DNA of 63,134 nucleotides from Blastocatellia bacterium. GTDB lineage: Bacteria > Acidobacteriota > Blastocatellia > RBC074. The translations under genes and the position numbers were made by a program. Position 1 is the stretch's first letter. Every line of letters begins with the position of its first letter. The stretch spans positions 1-63,134 of the forward strand of contig JAYTCQ010000032.1 in the NCBI GenBank assembly GCA_043736395.1. Reading direction: 5' to 3'. The notes below the pieces were generated by a model. That model was not told the DNA's origin, searched no databases, and saw only the letters and a program-made list of their open reading frames with translations. Of this stretch, positions 39,644-49,889 are shown piece by piece.

Positions 39644-41428
39644 TCATCTGATTGCGAGAGCTCGTTCTTGTTTCGCCAATTCAAATTTTTTCATTAACAA
39701 CTCATTCACCAGCTCAGTGTCGCCTGACCGTTGAGCCTGATTCATCTCACTTTGTAAGACTGTTTGCTGTTCGGACAAACGTGACGAACGCAAACTTGAT
39801 AAGCTTTCTTCGGCTTCGCGCTGATAGGCTGCTTCAAATTTGTCATCATCTTCAATCAGCAATTCCGGAAGCAATTCATTGACCAAAGACGAGTCAAAAA
39901 TCTGTTCACTCAAGGCAGCGTAAGTCGGCTCCAGATTCTGCTTCGCCAGTTCAACCATCAGCTTAAAAATCGGAGAAGTACGAAGCTGCTTGTAATCCTC
40001 TTCGACCAATTGCTGCAACATACGATGCCGGACACCTTCATGATTTAACATCGCAGCCAGCAGATTTTTCTCCGCCGGTTTCATTGTCAAAGATGCCACG
40101 ATCACGGCATCACTCACCCGGTCAGACTTAATTTCAACAGCGCGTCTGAATTCCTCACGAATCATTTTGCTGTCCAGCTTTAAGCGGTCAGCAATGCGCT
40201 CAACCTGTTCTGAGCTTTCCACACGATCTTTCACCAATTTCAAATACGGTAAAATCTCGTTCAGCGTTTCAACTTTCCCAGTTGGAGAATTCTGATCGCG
40301 GCTCTTCATTGCCTGGGCCACGATGTAATCCATAAACGATTGCGAATTCTTCAGCAACCTGCCATAGCTTTCAGCTCCACGTTCTCTGATGAATTCGTCG
40401 GGGTCAAGGTTGTCTGGCAGCGTTAATACATTGACTTTAAAGCCTTCTGTTAACAGCAATTCAAGGCTGCGTTTGGTGGCGTTCACTCCAGCTTTATCAG
40501 GGTCAAAATTAACTATGATCTTTTTGGAATAACGTCCCAGTAACCGCACCTGTTGTTCCGTCAACGCCGTTCCCAGGCTTGCCACCAGATTTTTGACACC
40601 AAACTGAAAGGGGATTAGAAAATCCAAATATCCTTCCACCAAAATAACGTAGCCTTGTCGCCGAACGGATTCACGCGATTGATTCAGCCCAAACAGATGA
40701 TGCCCTTTGGTGTAAAGCGCAGTTTCGGGTGAATTCAAATATTTCGGTTCACCTTCGCCCAGAATACGCCCGCCAAACGCGACGACCTTTCCTTGTGCGT
40801 CGGTGATGGGAAACATCAGCCTGCCGCGAAATTTGTCAAAGAATCCATTTCCCGTATCGCGAAGCGAAACTAATCCGCTGCGTTCGATTTGCATTTTCGA
40901 AGCGCCACGATTTTGCAGAAAATTAATTAACGCATCCCAACTGTCAGGCGCATAACCGATCCGGAAAGTCCGGCGCGATTCTTCGGTGACGCCGCGTCGG
41001 GCAAGATATTCAAGCGCGCCTTTGCCTTCGCCGGATTCGATACTACTTTCAAAGAACTCTGCGGCCCACGCATTTAATTGGCGTAAGTCATCACGCAGTT
41101 TGTCGCGCTCTTCGTGGTATTTCGCGTTGTCGTTTGTTTCGACCGGGAGCGCGACGCCACATTTTTCCGCGACAGTTTTGATTGCTTCGGGGAACGGGCT
41201 GCCTTCGATTTCCATCACGAAAGCGAACACGTTGCCGCTTTTTCCGCATCCGAAGCATTTAAAAAAACCTTTCGAACTAACACTAAAACTTGGAGTCTTC
41301 TCACCGTGAAACGGGCAACACGCCCAGTAATTCTGTCCTTTTTTCTTGAGCGTTACATAATCGCCAAGCACCCGCACAATGTCGGCTTGATTACGTAAAT
41401 CGTCAATGAATTCTTTGGAGAAGCGCAT
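39644..41428 (-). CDS. dnaG: DNA primase
   Basis: CPFHGEKTPSF, CFGCG, FRGRLMFPI, KYLNSPET, VEGYLD, SLGTALT, DPDKAG, DPDE. Confidence 0.97.
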   Translation of the reverse strand: MRFSKEFIDDLRNQADIVRVLGDYVTLKKKGQNYWACCPFHGEKTPSFSVSSKGFFKCFGCGKSGNVFAFVMEIEGSPFPEAIKTVAEKCGVALPVETNDNAKYHEERDKLRDDLRQLNAWAAEFFESSIESGEGKGALEYLARRGVTEESRRTFRIGYAPDSWDALINFLQNRGASKMQIERSGLVSLRDTGNGFFDKFRGRLMFPITDAQGKVVAFGGRILGEGEPKYLNSPETALYTKGHHLFGLNQSRESVRRQGYVILVEGYLDFLIPFQFGVKNLVASLGTALTEQQVRLLGRYSKKIIVNFDPDKAGVNATKRSLELLLTEGFKVNVLTLPDNLDPDEFIRERGAESYGRLLKNSQSFMDYIVAQAMKSRDQNSPTGKVETLNEILPYLKLVKDRVESSEQVERIADRLKLDSKMIREEFRRAVEIKSDRVSDAVIVASLTMKPAEKNLLAAMLNHEGVRHRMLQQLVEEDYKQLRTSPIFKLMVELAKQNLEPTYAALSEQIFDSSLVNELLPELLIEDDDKFEAAYQREAEESLSSLRSSRLSEQQTVLQSEMNQAQRSGDTELVNELLMKKFELAKQERALAIR

Positions 41429-41450
41429 AAAATCAAAAGGCTTTAATTGA

Positions 41451-41576
41451 AATCAAAAGGCAAAAGGCAAAAATTAAAAGGCAAAAGTTGGATTCGGAAG
41501 CAAAGCCATTTTCTGAATTTCTTAAATTCAGGTGCCTCCCTTTTAACTTTTGATTTTTGCCTTTTGCCATTTGATT
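41451..41576. repeat. Heptamer-unit inverted repeat (CAAAAGG)
   Basis: TCAAAAGG CAAAAGG CAAAAAT TAAAAGG CAAAAGT ... TTTTAACTTTTGATTTTTGCCTTTTGCCATTTGA between mutS2 and dnaG. Confidence 0.8.
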
Positions 41577-43993
41577 TATTTTTTGAGTTCAACAATCGTC
41601 GCCCCATTCCCACCTTCATTACCCGGTGCCGGATAGAATTTTTCAACGTGCGGATGATCGCTCAGCATTTGCGCAATCGCGCGTTTCAGTGCGCCCATTC
41701 CCATTCCGTGAACAATGCGGACACGGTCGTGATTATTCAAATATGCCGCATCTAAAAATTTGTCAGTCGCGTCCTGTGCTTCGGAAACATTTTTGCCGAT
41801 GACGTTTAATTCCGAACCAATTTCAGGTTGCTCATTGAAATTCACTGTGACGCCTTGCGGCAAGCCGACAGCTTTTGCAGAGGCTTTTTTGTTCACAGGT
41901 TGCACGGCGGAAATCAAGCGCAAATTTTCCTGCGTTTCTCGAAACCGTAAAGCACCTACCTGAACGTTAATGCTGTCCGCACCAACAGAATCAATCACGC
42001 CCTGTTGATTTAATGAAAGGATGAGTACTTTGTCGCCGGGCTGGAAAACATGGTCAGACGGGGGGGCGGTGGTCGGTAATCGGTGATCGGTAGAATCGCC
42101 GCTGCCCTCGCCTTGTCGCATTTCCCGCGCCGCGTTGCTGGCGGAAACTCTTAAATCTGTCGTGCGCTTGTCAATCTCCCGCTGTACTTTTTTCGCAACG
42201 GCAGCATCTTCTATCGTAGCGACAAACGCTTTCGATTTGGTCACGAAGTCATCAACAATTTTTTGCAGTTCGGCGCGGAATTCCTTTTCGCGGGCTTGTT
42301 CACGCTTATTGAAATCCATTTCGAGCGAAGCATATTTTTTGGCAACGGCTTCGCGTTCTTCTTCGAGCGCTAAAATAGTTTGTTGCTGCTCATCGCGCTG
42401 TGTTTTTAGGCGTTTTAAGAATTCTGTCGCTTCGGCACTGGAGCTTTGTACTTTTTCTACGGCGCGATCTGTGATGGCTTTCGGTAATCCGAAGCGTCGG
42501 GCAATTTCAATCCCTGAAGATGATCCGGCAATCCCTGTCAACAATTTGAACGTCGGTTTCAACGTACGTTCATCAAATTCAACCGAAGCATTAATGACGC
42601 CAGTGGAATTTGTCGCATAAATTTTCAGTCCGCTGTAATGCGTTGTCACGATGACGTGCGCGCCCTGCGATTTGAAATAATCAACAATCGCGACGCCGAG
42701 CGCAGAGCCTTCTTCGGGATCAGTTCCCGTGCCAACTTCGTCCAGCAGGATTAACGCGGGTGGTTCAAGTTCATCACTGATTTTTCGGATGTTGGCGATG
42801 TGCGCAGTGAACGTCGAAAGATTTGCGGTGAGCGATTGATTATCGCCGATGTCGGAAAGTACCTGACGAAAAATCGGGAGGTTCGCATCTACGGCGGGAA
42901 CGTGCAAACCGGATTGCGCCATCAGCGACAATAATCCCGTAGTTTTTAGAACAACAGTTTTGCCACCAGCGTTCGGACCGCTGATGACCATGATGCGATG
43001 ATCGGCGTCGAGTTCTAATGAAATCGGTACAATTTCGAGTCTCTGCGCTTTGAGATTGGATTCGAGCAGCGGATGTCGCGCCGCTTTCAAATAAAGAATT
43101 CCGTCTTCGTTGATGTTGGGTTGAATCGCATTTTGATTTAACGCGAGACGTGATTTTGCGGCGATGAAATCTAATAATCCAACGGCATCGGCCATCAAGG
43201 ATAATTCTTCGCGGTGATCGCGCAGTTCTTCGGTGATCGCAAAAAGTACCTTTGTGATTTCAGCAATTTCAACTTCATGCAGGCGAACTAATTCATTATT
43301 CGTCTCAATGGTTTCGAGCGGTTCAACAAAAGCGGTTTGTCCTGAAGAAGACATTCCATGAACGACGCCGACGATGGCTCCACGATTGTCATTACGAATC
43401 GGAACCACATAACGTTCGTTGCGAATGGTGATGAAATCATCGCGGAGCGCATGTGACTCATCAGCACGTTTCAAAATCGCTTCTAAGGTTTTTTGAAGGG
43501 AAGCTTTGAGCTTGGAAATCTGAAAACGGACTTCGCGCAATCCGGGACTGGCAAAATCGTCAATTTCTCCAGTTGGTAAAATTCGCGTGCGGAGTCGCTG
43601 ATAAATGCTGTGCAGGTTCGCAATTTGTCCGGTGATTTCGCGTAGTGAAGGGAAGCGCGCTCCTTCGTCACGAAACGTATCGCGCAACCCCATCGAAACC
43701 GAAATCAGCCGCAGCACCGTCAGAATTTCAAAAGGTTCAAGATTAATGTCCGCGACTGATAGCTTACTAATGGCAGGACGGGGATCATTTAATTCGCTGA
43801 AATCAAGGGCTGTGCCTTCGCGCAAATACTCAACGCCTTCGGAGGTTTGCTGCAAAGCCTGTGTAATGTTTTCTAAATTGGTAGCAGGGATCAAATCACG
43901 GACACGAAGATCGCCAAGCGGGGTGCGAATTAACTGCGCCAAAGTCGCTTTAAGTTGATCGTATTCGAGCGTTTCGAGTGAGCTTAGTTGCAT
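41576..43993 (-). CDS. mutS2: Endonuclease MutS2
   Basis: [21 protein letters not shown]...[26 protein letters not shown]-terminal Smr domain ([11 protein letters not shown]...[11 protein letters not shown]). Confidence 0.96.
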   Translation of the reverse strand: MQLSSLETLEYDQLKATLAQLIRTPLGDLRVRDLIPATNLENITQALQQTSEGVEYLREGTALDFSELNDPRPAISKLSVADINLEPFEILTVLRLISVSMGLRDTFRDEGARFPSLREITGQIANLHSIYQRLRTRILPTGEIDDFASPGLREVRFQISKLKASLQKTLEAILKRADESHALRDDFITIRNERYVVPIRNDNRGAIVGVVHGMSSSGQTAFVEPLETIETNNELVRLHEVEIAEITKVLFAITEELRDHREELSLMADAVGLLDFIAAKSRLALNQNAIQPNINEDGILYLKAARHPLLESNLKAQRLEIVPISLELDADHRIMVISGPNAGGKTVVLKTTGLLSLMAQSGLHVPAVDANLPIFRQVLSDIGDNQSLTANLSTFTAHIANIRKISDELEPPALILLDEVGTGTDPEEGSALGVAIVDYFKSQGAHVIVTTHYSGLKIYATNSTGVINASVEFDERTLKPTFKLLTGIAGSSSGIEIARRFGLPKAITDRAVEKVQSSSAEATEFLKRLKTQRDEQQQTILALEEEREAVAKKYASLEMDFNKREQAREKEFRAELQKIVDDFVTKSKAFVATIEDAAVAKKVQREIDKRTTDLRVSASNAAREMRQGEGSGDSTDHRLPTTAPPSDHVFQPGDKVLILSLNQQGVIDSVGADSINVQVGALRFRETQENLRLISAVQPVNKKASAKAVGLPQGVTVNFNEQPEIGSELNVIGKNVSEAQDATDKFLDAAYLNNHDRVRIVHGMGMGALKRAIAQMLSDHPHVEKFYPAPGNEGGNGATIVELKK

Positions 43994-44154
43994 TCAATTG
44001 GTTGTTTTGCGGACACTGTTCAGACATCGCTGGGGCAAACCTTCTAAACCAATGGATTGTAGGGATCAACCGATGTGATGTCAATCAAAATGAAGGGTTT
44101 TTCAGGGATGAAAAAATACCGGTGAACGCCAGCTTACGTCCAATTTTATTGGCT

Positions 44155-44553
44155 CTAATGTCCGGTTGGAAAAGCTTGCTCTATAAATTTCTTGAGCGAG
44201 TCCGAAAGCTTTTCCAAATCAATTGGTTTCGTGAAATATTCGTTGCATCCTGCCGCGTGGGCTTCGGCTTTAGTGAGATCGTCGTCGTAAGCAGACACGA
44301 TAATAATTGGAACTGTTTTAAATTGAGTAGTTGCGCGTAACGCTTTGGTGAATTGAATGCCATCAAGATTAGGCATTTTGAGATCAAGCAAGATGGCATC
44401 ACACGAGTGTTTGCGTAAAGCATCCAGTGCAACGTCACCATCACAGGCTTCGATAACCGCAAAACCTTCCAGTTCTAATAAGCGCCGTAACATAAAACGA
44501 CTGTCTGCAAAATCCTCGACCAGTAGGATTTTTCCGTAATAATTCATCAACAC
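44155..44553 (-). CDS. Single-domain response regulator (CheY-like receiver)
   Basis: ILLVED, ILLDLKMP..DG, IIVSA, AGCNEYFTKP. Confidence 0.92.
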   Translation of the reverse strand: MLMNYYGKILLVEDFADSRFMLRRLLELEGFAVIEACDGDVALDALRKHSCDAILLDLKMPNLDGIQFTKALRATTQFKTVPIIIVSAYDDDLTKAEAHAAGCNEYFTKPIDLEKLSDSLKKFIEQAFPTGH

Positions 44554-44760
44554 CAGATTTTATCAACCTCAGTAAGTTTGTGCTTTACAGCAAGGGGATT
44601 TATGCACTGGCGAATTCTACCAGCCGATTTTTCCCACGACAAGGAACGTGTTAGCATCAAACAAAATAAGCGTTCAAAATAATCGTTTGAAAATTTTTCT
44701 CTATGCTTTGTTAGGTTGTGAGAATTAACAAGCAATTGTTCGTATCTGAAAAGGGCAAGT

Positions 44761-46140
44761 GTGAAGAACGAAATTAGTATTCTGTTGGTGGATGATGAAG
44801 TTGCAATTACCAGTACGTTGAGTCTGGTTTTTCGCGCTGAAGGGTATACCGTTGAATCACGCTCAAGTCTTTCAAGCGCTGTCGTTGCAGTGGAAGCTAA
44901 AAATTATGATTTAGTCGTCACCGATTTACGCTTGGGCGGATTGGAGTTACTAAAGCGTGTCAAAACACTCAGCCCAAAAACTGAAGTAATAATCATCACC
45001 GGATACGGAACAGTTCCGGAAGCCGTCGAAGCCACTCAATCTGGCGCGTTTTATTTTCTCGAAAAACCTTTTAATCCTGAGCAAATTTTACTGATTGCCG
45101 AAAAAGCAGTGGAGCGCGGTCGCCTGATTGCTGAATCTGCGGATCTGCGCCAGCAGTTCACCAAACGTAAGCAATACGCTGATTTAATTGGGTCATCACG
45201 CGCGATGCAGACAATTTATGAGACGATTGAACATATTGCGAAAACAGATGTCAACGTTTTAATTATCGGTGATTCAGGCACCGGCAAAGAATTAATTGCC
45301 AATGCGATTCATTTCAATTCGCGCCGCGCGGATCGTTCCTTTGTGAAAGTGAATTGCTCGGCGCTACCAAAAGAATTAATTGAATCGGAATTATTTGGTT
45401 ACGTCAAAGGCTCTTTTACAGGTGCCGCGCAGGATCGTTTAGGATTGATTGCACAGGCCGATCAGGGCAGTTTATTGCTGGATGAATTAGCTGAAATGCC
45501 GATTGATTTGCAGCCAAAATTGTTGCGTGTGCTGGAAGAAAGAAGGTACCGCCGCGTCGGCGATGCCTTGAGTCGTGAAGTTAATTTCCGGTTGATTTGT
45601 TCGACGAATCGTTCTCCGCATGAAGCCATTCAAAATGGTCAGTTGCGCGAAGATTTATATTATCGAATTTCGACCATTACGATTAATGTCCCGCCCCTGC
45701 GCGAGCGCAGCGAAGACTTGCAATTATTGATCGAAGAGCTATTTCGTCGCTTTTGTGAACGTTACCAGAAAAGCCTCAAAGGCTACACGCAGGCTGCTTA
45801 TCAACGCCTGTTTTCTTATTACTGGCCAGGGAACGTCCGCGAATTGCAAAATGTAATTGAGCGCGCAGTTTTATTATCGAAAGGCGAGCGCATTGACGCT
45901 GAGGATTTACCGCTGGGAATGGCTGCGTCCGGGAACGGTTACAGCCCGGAATTTTATTATCCTCCGAATATGAAATGGGAGGAGATGGAACGCGCGATTC
46001 TCATCACGGCGCTCGAACGTTCTGCCGGAAATAAAAAAGCGGCAGCACACTCGTTAGGAATGCAACGCTCACGGTTATACAATAAACTTGAGAAGTACGG
46101 CATCGAAGTTGAGCGATTACGAAAAAGCAAAGAAGGCTAG
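44761..46140 (+). CDS. Sigma-54-dependent response regulator (NtrC family)
   Basis: Receiver (LLVDDE...VVTD), GDSGTGKELIA, ELFGYVKGSFTGA, LLLDE, FREDLYYR-like motif, WPGNVRELQN, C-terminal Fis-type HTH; GTG start. Confidence 0.95.
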   Translation: MKNEISILLVDDEVAITSTLSLVFRAEGYTVESRSSLSSAVVAVEAKNYDLVVTDLRLGGLELLKRVKTLSPKTEVIIITGYGTVPEAVEATQSGAFYFLEKPFNPEQILLIAEKAVERGRLIAESADLRQQFTKRKQYADLIGSSRAMQTIYETIEHIAKTDVNVLIIGDSGTGKELIANAIHFNSRRADRSFVKVNCSALPKELIESELFGYVKGSFTGAAQDRLGLIAQADQGSLLLDELAEMPIDLQPKLLRVLEERRYRRVGDALSREVNFRLICSTNRSPHEAIQNGQLREDLYYRISTITINVPPLRERSEDLQLLIEELFRRFCERYQKSLKGYTQAAYQRLFSYYWPGNVRELQNVIERAVLLSKGERIDAEDLPLGMAASGNGYSPEFYYPPNMKWEEMERAILITALERSAGNKKAAAHSLGMQRSRLYNKLEKYGIEVERLRKSKEG

Positions 46141-46189
46141 TTCTTAGTCGCGTGATTTCTTCCCCCTTATTCAATTGAGGTAAGCACTG

Positions 46190-47023
46190 ATGAAAGTAAA
46201 TTTTTTGAAAAATATTCTGCTGATTTTAGTGGCCTGTACGGTTAGCCAAACAGTAATTTTCGCGCAAGCCAATGAAGCGGCTCCGGCGGCAGATCAGCCT
46301 TTACCGATTACTCGCAAGGAAGTTGCTGCCGTTCAGGCAGAGCTGCAACGGCGCGGTTATTATCGCAATACGCCGCACGGAATACTCGACACGCAAACCC
46401 GTGAATCCATCATCGAATTTCAAAAAGAAAATGAATTACCGGATTCCGGGACAATTGATTTGGCGTTGATGAACAGCCTCGAATTGAAATATCCGGCGAC
46501 GGGAAAAGAAGTCGAAAGCGCTCGCAAAAAAGGCTTAATTCCACGCATCGGCTATGGCGTCAAAGACGGTGCGACCACGACGCGAGATGCCACGGTGAAC
46601 GCTGGAAAGACAGCGGTCAGAAGCACGGAGAAAGCCTACGACGCCAGCACGAAAGCCGTCAAAAATGCGGCGGATGTCACCAAAGATAAATCAGTGAAGC
46701 TGGCGAAGGATGCCGGGAATATGACTGTCACCGGAACAAAGAAAGCTGGAGAAGTAACGACGGATACAGCAAAGAAAGCAGGTAACGCGACAGTCCGCGC
46801 GGGACGAAAAGTGAATGATGTTTTTGTCGGACGCAGCGATGCCGAAATTCAAAGCGATGTGCGTGATGTGCTCGAAGCTGATGAAAACACCAAACGTGTT
46901 CGCTCTGAAGTCAGAGAAGGAACCGTCAAACTTTCTGCCAAATCTGATATTGATCTAAGTGACGCCGTTTCAAAAGTTCGTAAAGTCAGCGGAGTCAGAG
47001 GCGTCATTGTCGCAGCAAAATAA
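46190..47023 (+). CDS. Exported protein: peptidoglycan-binding domain + LEA-like repeats + BON domain
   Basis: Signal peptide; VQAELQRRGYY...GILD..T..SIIEFQ...SG; A/T/K-rich repeats; RSDAEIQSDVRDVL...EGTVKLS BON-like end. Confidence 0.75.
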   Translation: MKVNFLKNILLILVACTVSQTVIFAQANEAAPAADQPLPITRKEVAAVQAELQRRGYYRNTPHGILDTQTRESIIEFQKENELPDSGTIDLALMNSLELKYPATGKEVESARKKGLIPRIGYGVKDGATTTRDATVNAGKTAVRSTEKAYDASTKAVKNAADVTKDKSVKLAKDAGNMTVTGTKKAGEVTTDTAKKAGNATVRAGRKVNDVFVGRSDAEIQSDVRDVLEADENTKRVRSEVREGTVKLSAKSDIDLSDAVSKVRKVSGVRGVIVAAK

Positions 47024-47038
47024 AGGCTATCAGCAGGT

Positions 47039-48883
47039 ATGATTTTTCAGAAGTTCATTCAAATTATTTTTGTTTCTTTGATTGGTTTGACCGCGCATGC
47101 GCAAGACGTTGCTGCCGTCAAATCAGCCTATACCAAAGCAGAAGTTCAAATCCCCATGCGTGACGGCGTGAAGCTGTTTACAAGCATTTACGTTCCCAAA
47201 GATACCTCACAGAAATACCCGATTCTGTTGGATCGGACGCCGTACAGCGTTGGCCCTTACGGAGTCGGAAATTATAAACGATCACTGGGGCCTTCCTCAT
47301 TTCTGATGAAGGAAGGTTATATTTTCGTCTATCAGGACGTGCGCGGAAAGCACATGTCCGAAGGCCACTACGAAGATATGCGTCCGTTCAATCCAAACAA
47401 AAAAGGCAAGGATATTGATGAAGCCAGCGACACCTACGACACTATTGAATGGTTGCTGAAAAATGTTGCGAATAACAATGGACGCGTGGGAATGTGGGGG
47501 ATTTCCTATCCGGGTTTTTATACTTCGATGGGAATTTTATCAGGGCATCCGGCGCTGAAAGCCGCATCGCCACAGGCTCCGATTGCAGACTGGTTTATTG
47601 GCGATGATGATCATCACAACGGAGCATTGTTTCTTTTTGATGCCTTCGGATTTAATCAGGCGCTCGGCTGGCCTCGTCCTCAACCTACGTTTTCTGAAGG
47701 GCGTGATTTTGATTATGGAATGCCGGATGGTTATCAGTTTTTTCTGAATCTTGGATCAGTTGCCAATGCGCAAAAAAAATATTTCAAGAACCAGCAAGAG
47801 TATTGGAATGATTTGACGAAGCACACGACCTACGATGAATTCTGGCAGGCGCGCAATGTGCTTCCGCATCTGAAAAATATCAAGCCCGCAGTCCTCACCG
47901 TCGGCGGATGGTTCGACGCCGAAGACCTTTACGGCGCGATCAATACTTACAAAACCATTGAGAAAAATAATCGCGGCATCGTCAATCATTTCGTCATGGG
48001 GCCGTGGTGTCACGGATGCTGGACGGGCGAAGGCTCTCAATTAGGCGCAATAAATTTCGGCTCGAAAACAGGCTTGTGGTATCAGGAAAATGTCGAGCTT
48101 CCATTCTTTAATTTTTACTTGAAAGACAAAGGTGAAGCGAAATTTGACGAGGCGACAATTTTTGAAACGGGCACGAATCAATGGCGCAAATATGAGCAAT
48201 GGCCGCCCGCGAATACACAGGAAAAATCGTTGTATTTTCAGTCCAACGGAAAGCTGAGTTTTACTGCTCCAACAGAAGCGTCGGGCTTTGATGAATACAT
48301 CAGCGACCCCATGAAACCTGTGCCGTATTCGAATGAAATTTCTAATGATCGCAACTCAACGTACATGATCGAAGACCAGCGTTTTGTCGCACGACGTTCT
48401 GATGTGATGGTTTATCAAACTGAAATTCTGGATGCGGATATGACGCTGGCAGGGCCGATTCTGGCGAACCTTTTCGCTTCGACCAGTGGCACGGATTCAG
48501 ATTTTATTGTGAAGTTAATTGACGTGTTGCCGAATGACGCTCCGCCTGTGAAGAACGTCGAAATGGGCGGATTTCAAATGCTGGTGCGGTGGGAAGTGAT
48601 GCGCGGAAAATTCAGAAACAGCTACGAAAACCCTGAAGCCTTTCAACCGAACGAACCAACAAAAGTCCCAATTTCATTGAACGATGTCGCCCATACCTTC
48701 CAAAAAGGTCATCGGATTATGGTGCAAGTGCAAAGCTCAATGTTCCCATTGATTGACCGCAATCCACACAAATTTTTAGATATTTACCAAGCCGCTGAGA
48801 CAGATTTTCAAAAGGCAACCCAACGACTTTATCACGGCGGAAAAAATGCTTCTTACCTTAAAATTAATGTCTTGCCGCAGTAA
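47039..48883 (+). CDS. CocE/NonD family hydrolase (glutaryl-7-ACA acylase-like)
   Basis: IPMRDGVKL, RTPY, QDVRG, GISYPG nucleophile motif, GGWFDAED, GPWCHG, FQKGHRIMVQVQSS.FPL.DRNP. Confidence 0.93.
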   Translation: MIFQKFIQIIFVSLIGLTAHAQDVAAVKSAYTKAEVQIPMRDGVKLFTSIYVPKDTSQKYPILLDRTPYSVGPYGVGNYKRSLGPSSFLMKEGYIFVYQDVRGKHMSEGHYEDMRPFNPNKKGKDIDEASDTYDTIEWLLKNVANNNGRVGMWGISYPGFYTSMGILSGHPALKAASPQAPIADWFIGDDDHHNGALFLFDAFGFNQALGWPRPQPTFSEGRDFDYGMPDGYQFFLNLGSVANAQKKYFKNQQEYWNDLTKHTTYDEFWQARNVLPHLKNIKPAVLTVGGWFDAEDLYGAINTYKTIEKNNRGIVNHFVMGPWCHGCWTGEGSQLGAINFGSKTGLWYQENVELPFFNFYLKDKGEAKFDEATIFETGTNQWRKYEQWPPANTQEKSLYFQSNGKLSFTAPTEASGFDEYISDPMKPVPYSNEISNDRNSTYMIEDQRFVARRSDVMVYQTEILDADMTLAGPILANLFASTSGTDSDFIVKLIDVLPNDAPPVKNVEMGGFQMLVRWEVMRGKFRNSYENPEAFQPNEPTKVPISLNDVAHTFQKGHRIMVQVQSSMFPLIDRNPHKFLDIYQAAETDFQKATQRLYHGGKNASYLKINVLPQ

Positions 48884-48888
48884 GAAAA

Positions 48889-49686
48889 TCAGCCGGGGCG
48901 ATGTAAATTTTTTAGTATGAGATGTGCGGTTACTTGAGCTTCACCACGAGAAGATTTGAGAATAGTTGCTCCTGTCACGGCTTGTTGTAAGGTAGGGATT
49001 ACGACTTCAGGTTTTCGTCTGGCTGAGACGGTATTATTCAATAATTCCAGGACGCCTTGTCCACCGGAAATTTTTTTCGGACGCCAACGAACATTGGCTT
49101 GATATGTACTGACAATTACCAGGGCAACATGCAAAGGTTTTGTGCCTGTGATGCCGCCGATTTTTTCGGCAGAATATTTTTTTTGCGCGAACCCACCAGG
49201 TTTTCTGACGGCTAACGGCTGTGGATACGGATGTACGCGGCCTTGCCAATCCAAAACGGCATATTCATCGGAATAATACGTTGCGCCCGCGCGTACCAGT
49301 GCCGCGACCAAACTGGTTTTGCCGCTGTAACTGCGACCGGGGATGACAATGGCTTTGCCCTGCCATTCGACTACGCCCGCGTGCACGAACACACGTCGTC
49401 GAGCCATTTCTGCGACGTACATCTTGATGCGGCGTTCCAAATCTTCCAGCACGATTTTCAAGCTGCGTGATTTTGCACCGCGTTCTTTGCCTTCAAAAAT
49501 TTCGTGGCTCTTGCCAATTTTCAGTGAAAATAATCGTTCGACTCGCGCCGCGTTGGAGGGCTTCCATAACGGCGGAAAATATTCATCAAGCGCGGACAGA
49601 ATTTCCGGCTGATTGGTGCGAATGCCGATCCGCACACCGTAAGATAAGATGGTGCGTTGGGCGATCCATTCGGTTGCGTTGTTCAT
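48889..49686 (-). CDS. HPr-kinase-like P-loop kinase
   Basis: VFVHAGVV..QGKAIVIPGRSYSGKTSLV (HA + Walker A) and YYSDE; N-terminal HPrK DRTGG domain absent. Confidence 0.85.
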   Translation of the reverse strand: MNNATEWIAQRTILSYGVRIGIRTNQPEILSALDEYFPPLWKPSNAARVERLFSLKIGKSHEIFEGKERGAKSRSLKIVLEDLERRIKMYVAEMARRRVFVHAGVVEWQGKAIVIPGRSYSGKTSLVAALVRAGATYYSDEYAVLDWQGRVHPYPQPLAVRKPGGFAQKKYSAEKIGGITGTKPLHVALVIVSTYQANVRWRPKKISGGQGVLELLNNTVSARRKPEVVIPTLQQAVTGATILKSSRGEAQVTAHLILKNLHRPG

Positions 49687-49787
49687 AAATGCTTAGCATG
49701 GAGTACAAGCTTCAGCTTGGTTGTAAAGTGGCGAGAAGTAAAACCAAGCTGATGGTCTTTGAAAATTAATTCCGGCAACCCGTACTG

Positions 49788-49824
49788 CGGGCGGCTCGCC
49801 CGCAGCACACGGGCGAGCCGCCCG
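49788..49824. repeat. GC-rich REP-like palindrome
   Basis: CGGGCGGCTCGCCCG ... CGGGCGAGCCGCCCG. Confidence 0.75.
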
Positions 49825-49889
49825 TGATACGATTTTTTTAGTTGCCGATTTTAATTTTCAAAGACTATAAGCTTGTACTTCATGCTTAC

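Noticed and set aside
41447-41755. ORFs MKSKGKRQKLKGK... and 41443-41646
   Set aside because: They are translations of the heptamer repeat and the mutS2 antisense strand.
44547-44760. Sigma-54 promoter near the NtrC gene
   Set aside because: No convincing TGGCAC-N5-TTGC match was found by eye here or upstream of the neighbouring genes.
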